From positions 356,438,001 to 356,502,000 of the forward strand of contig OZ024740.1 of NCBI GenBank assembly GCA_964016885.1: a DNA stretch of 64,000 bases, given 5' to 3'. Position numbers and translations under genes: made by a program. Numbering within the stretch: the stretch's first letter is position 1; each line of letters opens with the position of its first letter. Shown here piece after piece: positions 15,564 to 28,677 of the stretch. The DNA is from Eledone cirrhosa. Lineage: Eukaryota. The notes beneath the pieces were generated by a model. That model ran no database searches. It had not been told where the DNA came from and saw nothing but the letters and a program-made list of their open reading frames with translations.

Positions 15564-15742
15564 TGCTTCTACTTTAGGCACAAGGCCAGCAATTATCCAG
15601 TGCATTACTGGTACTTTATTTTATCGACCCCGTAAGGATGAAAGGCAAAGTCAACCTCGGCGGGATTTGAACTGAGATCGTAAAGGGACGTAACTATGCT
15701 GGAAAGCATGGCGTCCGATCCTCTACCGATACTGCCAATCTA
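15564..15742 (-). mobile_element. tRNA-derived SINE with 13-bp TSD
   Basis: Reverse copy of the SINE; TSD TTTCCTAAATAAT at 15551-15563 and 15743-15755. Confidence 0.9.
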
Positions 15743-16086
15743 TTTCCTAAATAATGTCTGTCTATGTATGTGGCAATACAAAGTACTATTTAGTACAACG
15801 TCATACTAGGTGCTTTTAAAGACAAAATTGTGTATAGATATTACCTAGGATTTCTACCATACAAACTAAAGATAATTAAATATGCTCAATGATAGGTTTT
15901 CTTCAGCACAATATATTTAGCTACACGAATCTTCAGACACGTTTTCTTTTTTTATTTTGCTATGACTGTTAGAACCCCTGAAGAATGCGAGGGGAAGGAA
16001 AGGTTAGCCTTGGAATGTTTGCAACGCAGTTAACTCTGCCTACCAGATACTCAGTTAATACCCAAGCCTAGTGCTAACACACGCAG

Positions 16087-16187
<101 letters not shown>

Positions 16188-16445
16188 CAATCCCTTCAAT
16201 AGGCTGCTGGACAATATTCATTTGTTAATTCTTACTCATAATGCACTGGTGGTGTACGGAAAGTGGCGAAATATTTAAGAATACATTCGTCGACATAGGT
16301 ATCACGTAACCTTAAATTTCTCTCAGCATCTATGTCGAAGTGACCCGATATAGTAAACATTATATTTTATAATTTAAATATCATAATTGATATTATTTTC
16401 AAGAGTCTATTCCTATTACTTCAATAATTATAGTATTATATATAT

Positions 16446-16625
16446 GGTGAATTGGCAGTATCGGTAGAGAGTCGGACGCCATGCTGTCCAGCATAGTTAC
16501 GTCCCTCTACGGTCTGAGTTCAAATCCCACCGAGGTTCACTTTGCCTTTCATCCTTATGGGGTTGATAAAATAAAGTACCAGTAATGCACTGGTTATTTG
16601 CTGGCCTTGTGCCAAAAGTAGAAAC
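16446..16625 (+). mobile_element. tRNA-derived SINE
   Basis: A-box, B-box and body as in the other copies. Confidence 0.9.
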
Positions 16626-17159
16626 ACATATATTATTAATGTAAGTTTGATTTTTGAAACTTTTGCGCGTTTTGCACCGAACGTATGTTTCCAGATTAGC
16701 AACATATCCGTTCAAATATCTTGGTTTTAGTTTTGCAATTAAACCCCAATCAGAAACATTTTGCACAGAAAATTACAGAGTTTCTGAGATTCGGTTATAA
16801 CCCGTTATTAGCAAGGAACACATAACCAGTTTCAATAAAACAAAAAAATGTTGAAAACCTTTAGATGTTACTGGAAACGTGAGGTTTAGGAGGTTATATC
16901 ATATTTCTTTGGTCCTTTATTTTATTTGATTTTTCCTATACGCCTATGCATCGTACAATGCTTTTGTACAAAGATTAAAATTCAGAAACAATAATTTAAT
17001 ACTCTGTTACATCATCTTGATCGAAAAAATTAACAGAAAAGAACATACGTAACGTGATTCATACGAGAAATAGTACATACACACATGAACACATACGTAT
17101 ATATATATATACATATACATATACACACACACAAACACACACACACACACACACACACG

Positions 17160-17225
<66 letters not shown>

Positions 17226-17411
17226 CCAGGGAGTATAACTTGAAGTTACTGTAGGGATTCAATCAGGTGAGCACTCGATGTTTAGATTCATGTCTGTAGC
17301 GAGGTGTAGAGCTAAACAGTGTAAATATAATAATACAAGGACGATGAAAGCTTAGCATATCATCCTTATATTATTATTATTGTTATCATTATTATTATTA
17401 TTATTGTTATT

Positions 17412-18079
17412 TGAGTCTCAGTCATTGATGTTATTTAACTGGAAAGTTTTTTGAAATGAATATGAAGCCGCTACCTGCAGCCTCGGATATTCAGGACGTA
17501 TCGGAGGGTTCTTGCTGTTCCCAGCAAGCATGCCTTTTGAAGTGCTCTAAAAAGCGGGGCTGGACTAATCTTCTTTAAAACCATCCTTGGAAACTCTTTG
17601 AGATAGTACCTAATCCACCTATGGCAATCGGAACTACCTTGATTTCATGGCAGTTCCAAATCCTTTTTAACTCCCACTTTAAATCCTGGTATCGGTTAAT
17701 TTTCTCCCTCTGCTTTTCTTGCACTCTCGTGTCAAATGGGCTGGCTACATCTACAATCAGGCACGATCTTTTTTCCTTGTCCAAAACAACAAGGTCAGGC
17801 TTATTTGTTAGCTGGAGAAAATTAACCGATACCAGGATTTAAAGTGGGTGTTAAAAAGAATTTGGAACTGCCATGAAATCAAGGTCATCCCGATTGTCAT
17901 AGGCGCACTAGGTACTATCTAAAGGAGTTTCCAATGATGGTTAAAGAAGATTAGTCCAGCCTCGCTTTTTGGAACACTTCTAAAGGCATGCTTGCTGGGA
18001 ACAGCAAGAACACTCCGATACGTCCTGAATATCTGAGGCTGCAGGTAGCGGCTTGATATTCATTTCAACAAACTTTCCA
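17412..18079. mobile_element. 3' fragment of an R4/Dong-like LINE (family B) with inverted duplication
   Basis: The minus strand encodes the REL end (PDLVV..KEKRSCLIVDVASPFD...KINRYQDLKWE...PIAIGGLG); 17814-18079 is the reverse complement of about 17440-17707; flanked by (TAA)n-like tracts. Confidence 0.85.
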
Positions 18080-18104
18080 CATGAATAATAACAATAATAA
18101 TAAT

Positions 18105-19476
18105 AATGCTTTCTTTATTAACCACAAGGGTTTTCACAAAATAAGACATTAAGGACAGTACAAGACAATACAGGACAATACAGGACGGTATAAATGGGCA
18201 TTTCTGCATGTAAAAAAAATAAAAACAGAGGATGTAACAAAAAAGGAACAATGAAAAATTCCCCAATAGGGGGAGACTTCCGAGGGCCATCGTAGAGAAC
18301 GCCCATTAAAAAAAGGCACGGTGATCCTGAGCACCAGGGCAAGTGCCCTCTCCCAGTTTTCCACCTTCAATTTACAAGCACATACTCAGAGTAGGCCCAT
18401 TCACTCTGGCCATTCTTGCGTCTCTCACCCATCTTTCAACAAAATCCTGGGAAGAGAGCTCTTCTCTCTCTACTCTGATTTTCCTTTTCAAATGAAATTT
18501 GAAAAAGTTAATCAGGGCATCACCGAAGAGGTAAGTGCTCATCTTCAGCCCTTTCAGACGCGTCCACCATACTATCTCTTTCGCCATGGCCACCAGACAG
18601 ATAAAACTGCCAGCCCTTCCCGGCTAAAGGAAGAAGGTGGGGCAATCTTCACGATGGACTCAGCTGATAGCCGGATCGGTTTTACACGCGACAGCAGGTG
18701 TCCGACATAAACCCACAAGTCAGCAATTTTCGGTCACTGGACGAGTAGTGCAGGATGGTTTCGTCGCCCTGCACGCATCTAGGACATGCCCGGCTGAAGG
18801 CACTTCCATTGCCACTTCGGGATAAACTCTACAGGCATGGAAGTGCCGTCAGCCAGGCATGGCCGAGATGCGCGCAGGGCAAAGGAACCGTCCTGCACGC
18901 ACTCGTCCAGTCTCCGAGCATTACTGAGTCCATCGTGAGGAGTGCCCCACCCTCTTCCTTTAGCAAGGAAGGGAAAGCAGTATTTATCTGTCTGGTGGCC
19001 ATGGCGAAAGAGATAGTATGGTGGATGCGTGTGAAAGGGCTGAAGACGAGCACTTACCTCTTCGGTGATGTCCTGATTAACTTTTTCAAATTTCATTTGA
19101 AAAGGAAAATCAGAGTAGAGAGAGAAGTGCTCTCTTCTCAGCATTTTGTTGAAAGATGGGTGAGAGACGCAAGAATGGCCCGAGTGAATGGGCCTACTCT
19201 GAGTATGTGCCTGTAAATTGAAGGTGGAAAACTGGGAGAGGGCACTTGCCCCGGTGCTCAGAGTAACCATGGCTTTTTTTAATGGGCTTTCTCCACGATG
19301 GCCCTCGGAAGTCTACCCCCGATTGGGGAATTTATCATTGTTCCTTTTTTGTTACATCCTGTTTTTTTTGTTTTTTTTTCACACGCAGAAATGCCATTTG
19401 TACCGTCCTGTATTGTCCTGTATTGTCCTTAATGTTTTACTTTGTGTAAACCCTTGTGATTAATAAAGAAAGCATT
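18105..19476. mobile_element. Head-to-head pair of L1/Tx1-like LINE 3' ends
   Basis: Both arms (18105-18809 minus; 18810-19476 plus) encode an ORF2 C-terminal zinc-binding region (LPLRDKL..CPRC..ETILH..VWW.R..ERW) and share a 3' UTR with AATAAA ending in (TTA)n. Confidence 0.75.
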
Positions 19477-19651
19477 ATTATTGTTATTATTATTATTATT
19501 ATTATTACAGTTGCATTTATCTTGCTTTATGTTCATACGAGTTATCACCAAGTCACAACCAGTGACCTCAAGAGACAACAAGGTCCGCCATGTTCAAGAA
19601 AGAACATACATACTCACACATGCATCTTTAGTGTTTAGACTTGTGATGTAC

Positions 19652-20011
19652 TTATATTGACAGAATCTTCCTTAGTATATGGGCAGTTCCCATTAGTACT
19701 ATCTTTTGTATTTCTCCTATACGCGGGTTTCCTGGGATTTGCGATAAGTAATCATTAGGCCCCTTAGGTATCATTCCCAGAGCGCCTACAACCACTGGTA
19801 TTGTTTTAGTTCTCAATTTCCACATTTTTCCAATTTCTATCTCCAGGTCCTTATACTTGCTCAATTTTTCAAATGTTTTTATAGATACATTCTTGTCTAT
19901 TGGAACGGACATATCAATTAGCAGGCATACCCTCTTTTTAAAGTCCTTCAATATTATATCAGGTCTATTTGCATCTATTTTTCGGTCTGTTTGGATGCTA
20001 AAGTTCCACAA
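19652..20011 (-). CDS. Restriction-enzyme-like endonuclease domain of the LINE (fragment)
   Basis: WNF.IQTD...NRPDI...IDMSVP.D...EK..KYKDL...PVVVGALG. Confidence 0.85.
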   Translation of the reverse strand: MWNFSIQTDRKIDANRPDIILKDFKKRVCLLIDMSVPIDKNVSIKTFEKLSKYKDLEIEIGKMWKLRTKTIPVVVGALGMIPKGPNDYLSQIPGNPRIGEIQKIVLMGTAHILRKILSI

Positions 20012-20461
20012 GATTTAGATGTGATCTTTTTCAAGTATGGGAGGTGGTTGATGCTCCCACCAATTCTTTTGATGGGGCAGGTCAAAATGCTTACACATTA
20101 TCCAATGTATGTATTGTGCAGCTCTGTCATCCCTGTTTAGGTATTCGGTTGGAGCTATAGGACTGCACATTGAAATTATATGGTCAATGGTCTCTGGTTG
20201 TTTTTTGCATACACGGCATAATGGGCTGCATCCATTTTTTTATTATGTTGGCTTGGTAATTTTTTGTTGGCAGACACTGATCTTGTGCTGATATAATCAG
20301 TCCTTCAGTCTCCGATTTCAGTCCAGAGGATGCCAACCACTGATGGGTTAAAGTTTTGTCAACATCAGGATTGTTAGCTCGTTCTGGGTATTTTCCATAC
20401 AGAGGCTTTTCTTGCCATTTCTTAGCCAGTTTCTGTAGCAGTTCTTTCTTTGCAGTTAATT

Positions 20462-22435
20462 TTACCTGCTTTGCTTTCCTGTGTTTTCCATTTCAGCAGT
20501 AAATGGGACTTCTGAAATTTGTAGTCCATTACTGTATCTTTGTGCATCTTTTGTAATGGAATATGATCTTTTGATGCTTTCGTGTTTCAAAACGAGTTTG
20601 ATCATCCAATCATGTGATTCCCTTAGATATGAAGATAATCCAATTGTTGCAGTTTTCAACGCAATGTCTAACTGGATTAACCCACGTCCTCCTTCTTTCC
20701 TAGGGAGATATATTCTATCTGTATCTGCCTTAGGGTGATGCATTCTGTGCATGGTTAAGAATTTTCGAATTTTTGTATCGAGCCTACGGATCTCTGTGCT
20801 TGACCAGTTGATGACATTGTAACTGTAGGTTACTACTGGTATGGCAAGCGTGTTTATGGCATCGATCCTATTCCTTGCATTCAATTCCGTTCTTAAGATT
20901 GCTCTTACTCTGCGGTAACATTCCTTCCTTATCCTTTCCCTCATTGTCGAGTGCTTGATTCCGTCTCCTTCACAAACACCTAGATATTTGTAAGTTTTTT
21001 CTTGATCAAGTTCTCTTATCACGTTCCCCCGATCAAGATTAATGTCTGAACTCTTCAGCAGCTTTCCTCTGGTGAACGTTGCTTTGGCGCATTTGTCTAG
21101 TCCAAACTCCATTTTAATGTCATCACTGAACTGCTCCACAGTGGATAATAGCCCTTGCAATTGTTCATCATTTTTTGCAAATAGTTTCAGGTCATCCATG
21201 TAGAACAAGTGATTAATGGTTTTGTCATAGACTTTATATCCATGTTTTGTTTCATTGAGCATTTTACTTAATGGTATAAGTGCGATGCAGAATAAAAGCG
21301 GTGATAAAGAGTCACCCTGAAAAATTCCACAATTAATATTAACTTCTCCAGCTTCCAGTGATTTTGTTTCACTATTCAAAAGGAGTGTCGTTTTCCATGT
21401 CTTCATACTGAATGACAAAAACCTCCTGACAACGGAGGATATTTTGAAAATCTCTAAACATTTTTCAATCCAACTGTGTGGCAAACTATCGAATGCTTTT
21501 TTATAATCTATCCAAGCAATCGATAGATTTTTGTGTCTATTATGACAATCTTCCAGTATCATTTTGTTAACCAGAAGCTGATCCTTACAGCCATATGAGC
21601 CTCGTTTACACCCTTTCTGCTCAATGGGAAATAGGTCATTTGTTATCAGGTGGTCATATGTGTATTCAGTTAGGACTGATGTTAAAATTTTATACATTGT
21701 GGTCAAGCAGGTTATCGGTCTGTAATTTTGGGGATTGTTTGTCTCATCATTCTTCGGTAGCAGGAATGTAATGCCTTTAACTAGCCATGATGGTATCTTT
21801 TCTGGCTCCTTAACTATTTCATTGTAAAGTTGGGCTAACAGCTCATGAGACTCTGTGAAGGCATTTATCCAAAAGTTTTGTATTTTGTCTTTTCCTGGGG
21901 ATTTCCATTTGCTGGTTTTTCTTAGAGCCAAGCGCAACTGTTCAACTGTTATATTTTCCCATATTTGTTCCTCAAGGTGAGCTGTATCTTTCATTTGTCT
22001 GTCTATCCATGAGGCATGTATGTTATGAACTTTTTCTTCGGCCCAGATCTTTTCCCAGAATTCTTGCACTTCCTCCTTGGGTGGTATTGATTTAGCAGTT
22101 ATTGTTGACTTACCAATTTTTCTGTAGAAGTTTCTTTGGTTGTTTTTGAACATATTATTGTCCTTATAGAATCTAGATCGTTTTTCAAAGCGCCTTATAC
22201 GAGCAGCTTTGGCCGACACTTTTTGTTTGATTATTTCTATCAGCATGTCTATGTCACTTGTTGATTTTATACTGTACTTTTTTTTCAATTTTCTAAGTTT
22301 AGTTTGTTTAACATGTTTACCTACTTTATAGTTTGTTAAAATGTCTATATCAGATCGGAGAAGGTTTATTTGGCGATTGATGTTCTCTTGCCAAGTAGAT
22401 TTCTTGTGGGAGTTCCTTTGTTTTTTCATCTTCAC
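20462..22435 (-). CDS. Non-LTR reverse transcriptase (fragment of the disrupted single ORF)
   Basis: [58 protein letters not shown]. Confidence 0.92.
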   Translation of the reverse strand: MKMKKQRNSHKKSTWQENINRQINLLRSDIDILTNYKVGKHVKQTKLRKLKKKYSIKSTSDIDMLIEIIKQKVSAKAARIRRFEKRSRFYKDNNMFKNNQRNFYRKIGKSTITAKSIPPKEEVQEFWEKIWAEEKVHNIHASWIDRQMKDTAHLEEQIWENITVEQLRLALRKTSKWKSPGKDKIQNFWINAFTESHELLAQLYNEIVKEPEKIPSWLVKGITFLLPKNDETNNPQNYRPITCLTTMYKILTSVLTEYTYDHLITNDLFPIEQKGCKRGSYGCKDQLLVNKMILEDCHNRHKNLSIAWIDYKKAFDSLPHSWIEKCLEIFKISSVVRRFLSFSMKTWKTTLLLNSETKSLEAGEVNINCGIFQGDSLSPLLFCIALIPLSKMLNETKHGYKVYDKTINHLFYMDDLKLFAKNDEQLQGLLSTVEQFSDDIKMEFGLDKCAKATFTRGKLLKSSDINLDRGNVIRELDQEKTYKYLGVCEGDGIKHSTMRERIRKECYRRVRAILRTELNARNRIDAINTLAIPVVTYSYNVINWSSTEIRRLDTKIRKFLTMHRMHHPKADTDRIYLPRKEGGRGLIQLDIALKTATIGLSSYLRESHDWMIKLVLKHESIKRSYSITKDAQRYSNGLQISEVPFTAEMENTGKQSR

Positions 22436-24464
22436 TCCACATAAGTGAGTGGTGACTTTAGCCGATGCATAATAGAGATGATTTAAATCAGTAATGTTTA
22501 GTTTGTTTGTGATGATAATGTTTTTGAGAATTATATTAGTCTTGTGTTTTTATCTTTTGGTTCTGTTTGGAGTTCTGGATCTTAGGGAGGGTGTCTCATT
22601 GCCCCATGTCAGATTCTTTCATTTTCATCCATTCGATCATAATTTCATCCTTCAAGTTGGCAAGTTCATTCTCATTCATTTCTTTATCATTTACGATGTC
22701 ATTATTTTCATTTGGAGTTTCATCTTGAGCATGCACTCCCTCCACTTTTTCGATCCTTTCTTTAATTTGTTCTGTTGCCAGTGATTCCGCCCCAACCCTA
22801 GGATTCGAAGTGTTACAATTTACCTCGTTTTCACTGACACATGTTTCATTTTCCCTTCGCTGACTTTGTGCTAATAGCTTGATCTGATCAATTTCTATAT
22901 CAGTTAGTAACTTTTTTCTCATAATATTTCTTCGTATATTGGCTAGTTTGTTGCTGTCAATATAGCCTCTGTTTTCGGGATGTTTCTTTTTCCAGTTGAT
23001 ATATGTCTGTTCTGTATTCGATGTATTTGATGGGTAGTTCATGGCAGTGTAGAAAGCCTCAAGGACTTCTTTATTATCTTCCCTTGACCATTTTTCTCTC
23101 TTTTTCTTTGGATTTCTTGGTGGTGAGCATGGAGGGCCAACAGTAGGAGTATTCCGGTTATGGGAGGTCTCCAGCTCCGAAGTGATGGGGAGGTTTGAAC
23201 CATTAGCTAATTTTTCGACCCCAGTCTGGTTCCTCTCTGAGGGACGCGGCCCTTTTTTACCCGGGTGACGGCTGATAAGGTATGAGATTTTATCATTAGA
23301 TATTTACTTTATTTTGTCGCGTTTTATCCTTATCCTCCAAGGGGTAATCATTTCGTGTTACCACTTCTAGAACGAGTGTCAACCAAGACTAGAGGGGTCA
23401 TTCTCCCCTAGAGACACGGCTATTCCCCGCCGGCCGCCATCCCGGTATTTCTTGGTCACGGGGTTTTCTTTTTGTTGTTTTTTTAAAATTGTTATTATCA
23501 TGAGTGGTTCCTTAATGTGAGCATTGCGTGGCTTAAGAATGAAATTATTAATAATTGTCTCCACTCCAGGCACAAGGCCAGCAATCACCCAGTGCATTAC
23601 AATAATATAATATACTTTTTGCTGAAGTTGCCTGTTATTGTTGTTGGCTATGTCGGTGGTGGTGCTGGGGATTTTTATATTGTTGGTGAGGAAGGGGTGA
23701 GCCAGCAGTGCCATAGTTGTTGATGTTGACGTTTGGCCGGTGGCCAGGTCACTAAGTCAATCTATTTATATCTTTTGCTAGCTTCTCCCTTGTCTAGTGA
23801 TACCGCCACCTTCCCCTTTCTCTCTAAAGTTAACAGGGGAATAGTGGTGGGAATAGTGGCAATGAAGAAGTGGTGGCGGCGGTGATGGGATAGTGGTAGC
23901 AATGATGGATAGAGTGGTGGCGGCGGTGGCGTTGACGTTACTGAGTTTTGTGATATGTAGTATATATGAGTGTGTGTCGCGTATGTTTAATATATATTGT
24001 GTTGACATATTCCCGTAAAATTGGAATTAAACATTTTGTTAAAACTTGAGACAATAATAATAGTAATTATTATTATGATGCTGGGATTGGTGGTGGTAGT
24101 GGTGAAATTGCCGTTATCTGGCTGTTATATTTAGTGTGATGGGGTAGGTTGTGTATCAAGTTTCTGGTGTTGGTGAAATTGCTGTTATTTGGCTGTTCTA
24201 TATAGTGTAGACAGAGGGTGTTTTCTTCCATTTATAACCATTTTCTTTTTTGAATACAAAATATATAATACAAAATTGAATATTTGAGCGATATAACAAT
24301 ATAATATGGATCCGAAATTTTATGGGACTTGACTCGGTGGTTTATGCAACATTTGTACTAAGAATTGTTATTTCACAATTGATTTAAATATGTTAAAAAT
24401 CAAAAACTTACGGGAGCGATTTCATGACCTTCTACCACCTCATGCGTCTTCTTCCCTTATCTTA

Positions 24465-24497
<33 letters not shown>

Positions 24498-24506
24498 GTT
24501 GTTATT

Positions 24507-26566
24507 CCTTGAATCTCAGTCATTGATGTTGGTTAACTGGAAAGTCCGTTGGATTGAATATCAAGCCACTACCTGCAGCCTCAGATATTCAGGACGTATC
24601 GGAGGGTTCTTGCTGTTCCAAGCAAGCATGCCTTTTGAAGCGTTCCAAAAAGCGTGAAGGGGCCGATTTTCTTTAACCATCCCTGGAAACTTTTGGAGAT
24701 AGTCCCCAATGCGCCTATGACAATCGGGATCACTTTGACTTCATGGCAGTTCCAAATCCTTTTCACCTCCCACTTTAGGTCCTGGTATCGGTTAATTTTC
24801 TCCCTCTCCTTCTCTTGCACTCTCGTGTCGAACGGGCAGGCCACATCCACAATCAGACACGATCTTTTTACTTTGTCCACAACCACCAGGTCAGGTCTAT
24901 TGTGTTCCAGTTTTTTGTCCGTCTGTATCCTAAAATCCCACAGCACCTTCACCTGATTGTTCTCCATCACTGCCTCTGGCCTATGCTCATACCATTTCTC
25001 AGAATGTGGTAAATTGTTTACTTTGCACAGGTGCCAGTGGATCACCCTGCCCATCACATCGTGTCTCCAGCCCTTATAGTGGGTCTGGGCTAGGTGTTTA
25101 CACTCGGACACAATGTGAGCCACAGTCTCCTCTCTCTCTCAACAGATCCTGCACAGTGGGCTAGCCTCCTCCTTGTAAATATGGTGCTTCAACCACTTCG
25201 TTTTGAGGGCCTGCTCCTGCGCAGCCATTAGCATTCCTTCTGTAGCCTTTTTGAGGTCTCTTCTTCTCAACCAGTTCCATGTCTGTGGATCTCTAAATTC
25301 AGTTTTCTCAAAGAAGGTACTATGAAGGGATTTTCCCTTAAGGCTGCTCTTCCTCCTTGATGTTATTTCCTCCTTGGACATCCCCTGGCCTACTGTCCCC
25401 TCCTTCAGTACAGCTCTGAGCATTGGCTCCTTACTATAGGTCACGTATTTGTATAGGTTGTTTTTCTCCATCTGAACACAGTCCTCTATGCTGATAAGAC
25501 CTCTTCCACCCTCAGATCTCCTTAGGTAGAGTCTATCGACATCACTCCTCTTGTGGAACATGTTGTAGATAGTCAATAGCTTCCTAGTCTTCCTATCCAT
25601 TTCTTTTTGTTCAGCAACATTCCATCTCAGAATTCCCGCACTGTACCTAATAATAGACACAGCTCGGGAATTTACTGCGCTTATGGCATTTCTGCTGTTC
25701 AGATGTGACTTCAATACGCTCCTTACTCTCCGAATGTATTCAGTTCTTAACAATTCCTTCATTTTTTTGTTCTTTATGCCATCAGCCTCCAGAACGCCCA
25801 AATACTTGTATCCTTCCTCAGAGTCAATTTCCTTTATCATCTCACCTGTTGGTATCTGGATCCCGTTACTTCTGCTCAACCTACCCCTCCTCATCACAAT
25901 GACTCCACATTTACCAATACCAAACTGCATACATATATCACTGCTGAAAATACGGACAGTGTCAACAAGCACATCCAACTCCTTCTCACTTTTCCCGAAG
26001 AGCTTAAGATCGTCCATGAAGAGGAGGTGATTGATGGTAAGCCCTCCCTTTTCCAACCTGTATCCTGCTCTCACTTTTCGCAGTACACTGGTCAGGGGCA
26101 TCAGGGCAAGGACAAACAGCAGAGGGGACAGACTATCTCCCTGGAAGATACCTCTCTTGATCTTCACGCTTCCCAAGGATTCTCCAGTTGATGTTAACTC
26201 TGTTTCCCAGGACTTCATACTTTCGTCCAACAACTGTCTGATGTTATCTGCCACCTTGAAGATTTCCAGGCTTTTGGTGATCCAAGAATGAGGCACCATG
26301 TCAAATGCCTTTCTGTAGTCTATCCATCTCATGGCAAGACCAGTGTGTCTCCTCCTGCAATTCCTCATTACCATCTTATCAATAAGTAACTGGTCCTTTG
26401 TACCACGTGACTTCTTTCGGCATCCTTTCTGTTCGTCCGGTAACAAGTTGTTTGTGTGGAGGTGATGGTAGATTTCCTCACACACAATGCTCGTCAACAG
26501 TTTCCACATTACGGACAGACATGTGATAGGTCTATAGTTGGTAACATCATTACCCTTGATTCGGTC

Positions 26567-26568
<2 letters not shown>
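24507..26568 (-). mobile_element. 5'-truncated R4/Dong-like LINE (family B), copy 1
   Basis: RT ORF 25139-26509 and REL ORF 24581-25123 share a frame, separated by one TGA inside the CCHC knuckle (CRIC*ER); (TAA)n on both sides. Confidence 0.92.
24581..26509 (-). pseudogene. RT + CCHC + REL polyprotein with a single nonsense codon
   Basis: [45 protein letters not shown] motifs. Confidence 0.9.
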
Positions 26569-26639
<71 letters not shown>

Positions 26640-28676
26640 TCTTTGAGTCTCAGTCATTGCTGTTAGTTAACTGGAAAGTTTGTTGAAATGAATATCAAGC
26701 CACTACCTGCAGTCTCAGATATTCAGGACGTATCGGAGGGGTCTTGCTGTTCCCAGCAAGCATGCCCTTTGAAGCGTTCCAAAAAGCGTGTAGGGGCCAA
26801 TTTTCTTTAACCATCCCTGGAAACTTTTTGAGATAGTGCCTAGTGCGCCTATGACAATCGGGATCACTTTGACTTCATGACAGTTCCAAATCCTTTTTAC
26901 CTCCCACTTTAAGTCCTGGTATCGGTTAATTTTCTCCCTCTCCTTCTCTTTCACTCTCGTGTCGAATGGGCAAGCCACATCCACAATCAGGCACGAATTT
27001 TTTTCTTTGTCCACAACCACCAGGTCAGGTCTATATCCTAAAATCCCACAGCACCTTCACCTGATCGTATTTCTATCACCGACTCCGGCTTATGCTCATA
27101 CCACTTCTCAGAATGTGGTAAATTGTTTACTTTGCATAGGTGCCAGTGGATCACCCTGCCCATCACATCATGTCTCCAGCCCTTATAGTGAGTCTGGGTT
27201 AGGTGTTTACACTCGGATACAATGTGAGCCACAGTCTCCTCTCTCTCTCCACAGATCCTGCACAGTGGGCTAGACTCCTCCTTGTAAATATGGTGCTTCA
27301 ACCACTTCGTTTGAGGGCCTGCTCCTGCACAGCCATTAACATTCCTTCTGTAGCCTTTTTAAGGTCTCCTCTTTTCAACCAGTTCCATGTCTGTGGATAT
27401 CTAAATTCAGTTTTCTCAAAGAAGGTACTATGAAGGGATTTTTCCTGAAGGCTGCTCTTTCTCCTTGATGTTATTTCCTCCTTGCACATCCCTGGCCTTG
27501 TGTCCTCTCCTTCAGTACAGTTCTGAACATTGGCTCCTTACTATCAGTCACGTATTTGTGTAGGTTGTTTTTCTCCATCTGAACACAGTCCTCTATGCTG
27601 ATAATACCTCTTCCACCTTCAGATCTCCTTAAGTAGAGTCTATCGACATCACTCATCTTGTGGAACATGTTGTAAATAGTCAATAGCTTCCTAGTCTTCC
27701 TATCCATTTCTTTTTGTTCAGCAACATTCCATCTCAGAATTCCCGCACTGTACCTAATAATAGACACAGCTCGGGAATTTACTGCACTTATGGCATTCCT
27801 ACTGTTCAGATGTGACTTTAATACGCTCCTTACTCTCCGAATGTATCCAGTTCTTATCAATTCCTTCATTTTTTTTGTTCTTGATGTCATCAGCCTCCAG
27901 AACACCCAAATACTTATATCCTTCTTCAGAGTCAATTTCCTTTATCATCTCACCTGTTGGTACCTGGATTCCGTTACTTCTGCTCAACTTACCCCTCTTC
28001 ATCACAATGACTCCACATTTACCAATACCAAACTGCATACATATATCACTGCTGAAAATACGGACAGTGTCAACAAGCACATCCAACTCCTTCTCATTCT
28101 TCCCGAAGAGCTTAAGATCGCCCATGAAGAGGAGGTGATTGATGGTAAGCCCTCCCTTTTCCAACCTGTATCCTGCTCTCACTTTTCGCAGTACACTGGT
28201 CAGGGGCATCAGGGCAAGGACAAACAGCAGAGGGGACAGACTATCTCCCTGGAAGATACCTCTCTTGATCTTCACGCTTCCCAAGGATTCTCCAGTTGAT
28301 GTTAACTCTGTTTCCCAGGACTTTATACTTTCGCCCAACAACTGTCTGATGTTATCTGCCACCTTGAAGATTTCCAGGCTTTTGGTGATCCAAGAATGAG
28401 GCACCATGTCAAATGCCTTTTTGTAGTCTATCCATCTCATGGCAAGACCAGTGTGTCTCCTCTTGCAATTCCTCATTACCATCTTATCAATAAGTAACTG
28501 GTCCTTTGTACCACGTGACTTCTTTCGGCATCCTTTCTGTTCGTCCGGTAACAAGTTGTTTGTGTGGAGGTGATGGTAGATTTCCTCAGACATAATGCTT
28601 GTCAACAGTTTTCACATTACGGACAGACATGTGATATGTCTATAGTTGGTAACATCATTACCCTTGATTCGGTCTT

Positions 28677-28677
<1 letters not shown>
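26640..28677 (-). mobile_element. 5'-truncated R4/Dong-like LINE (family B), copy 2, frameshifted
   Basis: Colinear with copy 1 (ORF pieces 27799-28605, 27471-27935, 27038-27301, 26715-27020); FMDD is mutated to FMGD; internal deletions; (TAA)n flanks. Confidence 0.92.

Larger units (their letters stand above)
19509..23480 (-). mobile_element. Near-full-length R4/Dong-like non-LTR retrotransposon (family A), disrupted
   Basis: N-terminal ORF 22596-23042, RT ORF 20462-22435, CCHC knuckle around 20100-20230, REL ORF 19652-20011; frameshifts and stops; 3' end in (TAA)n. Confidence 0.9.
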
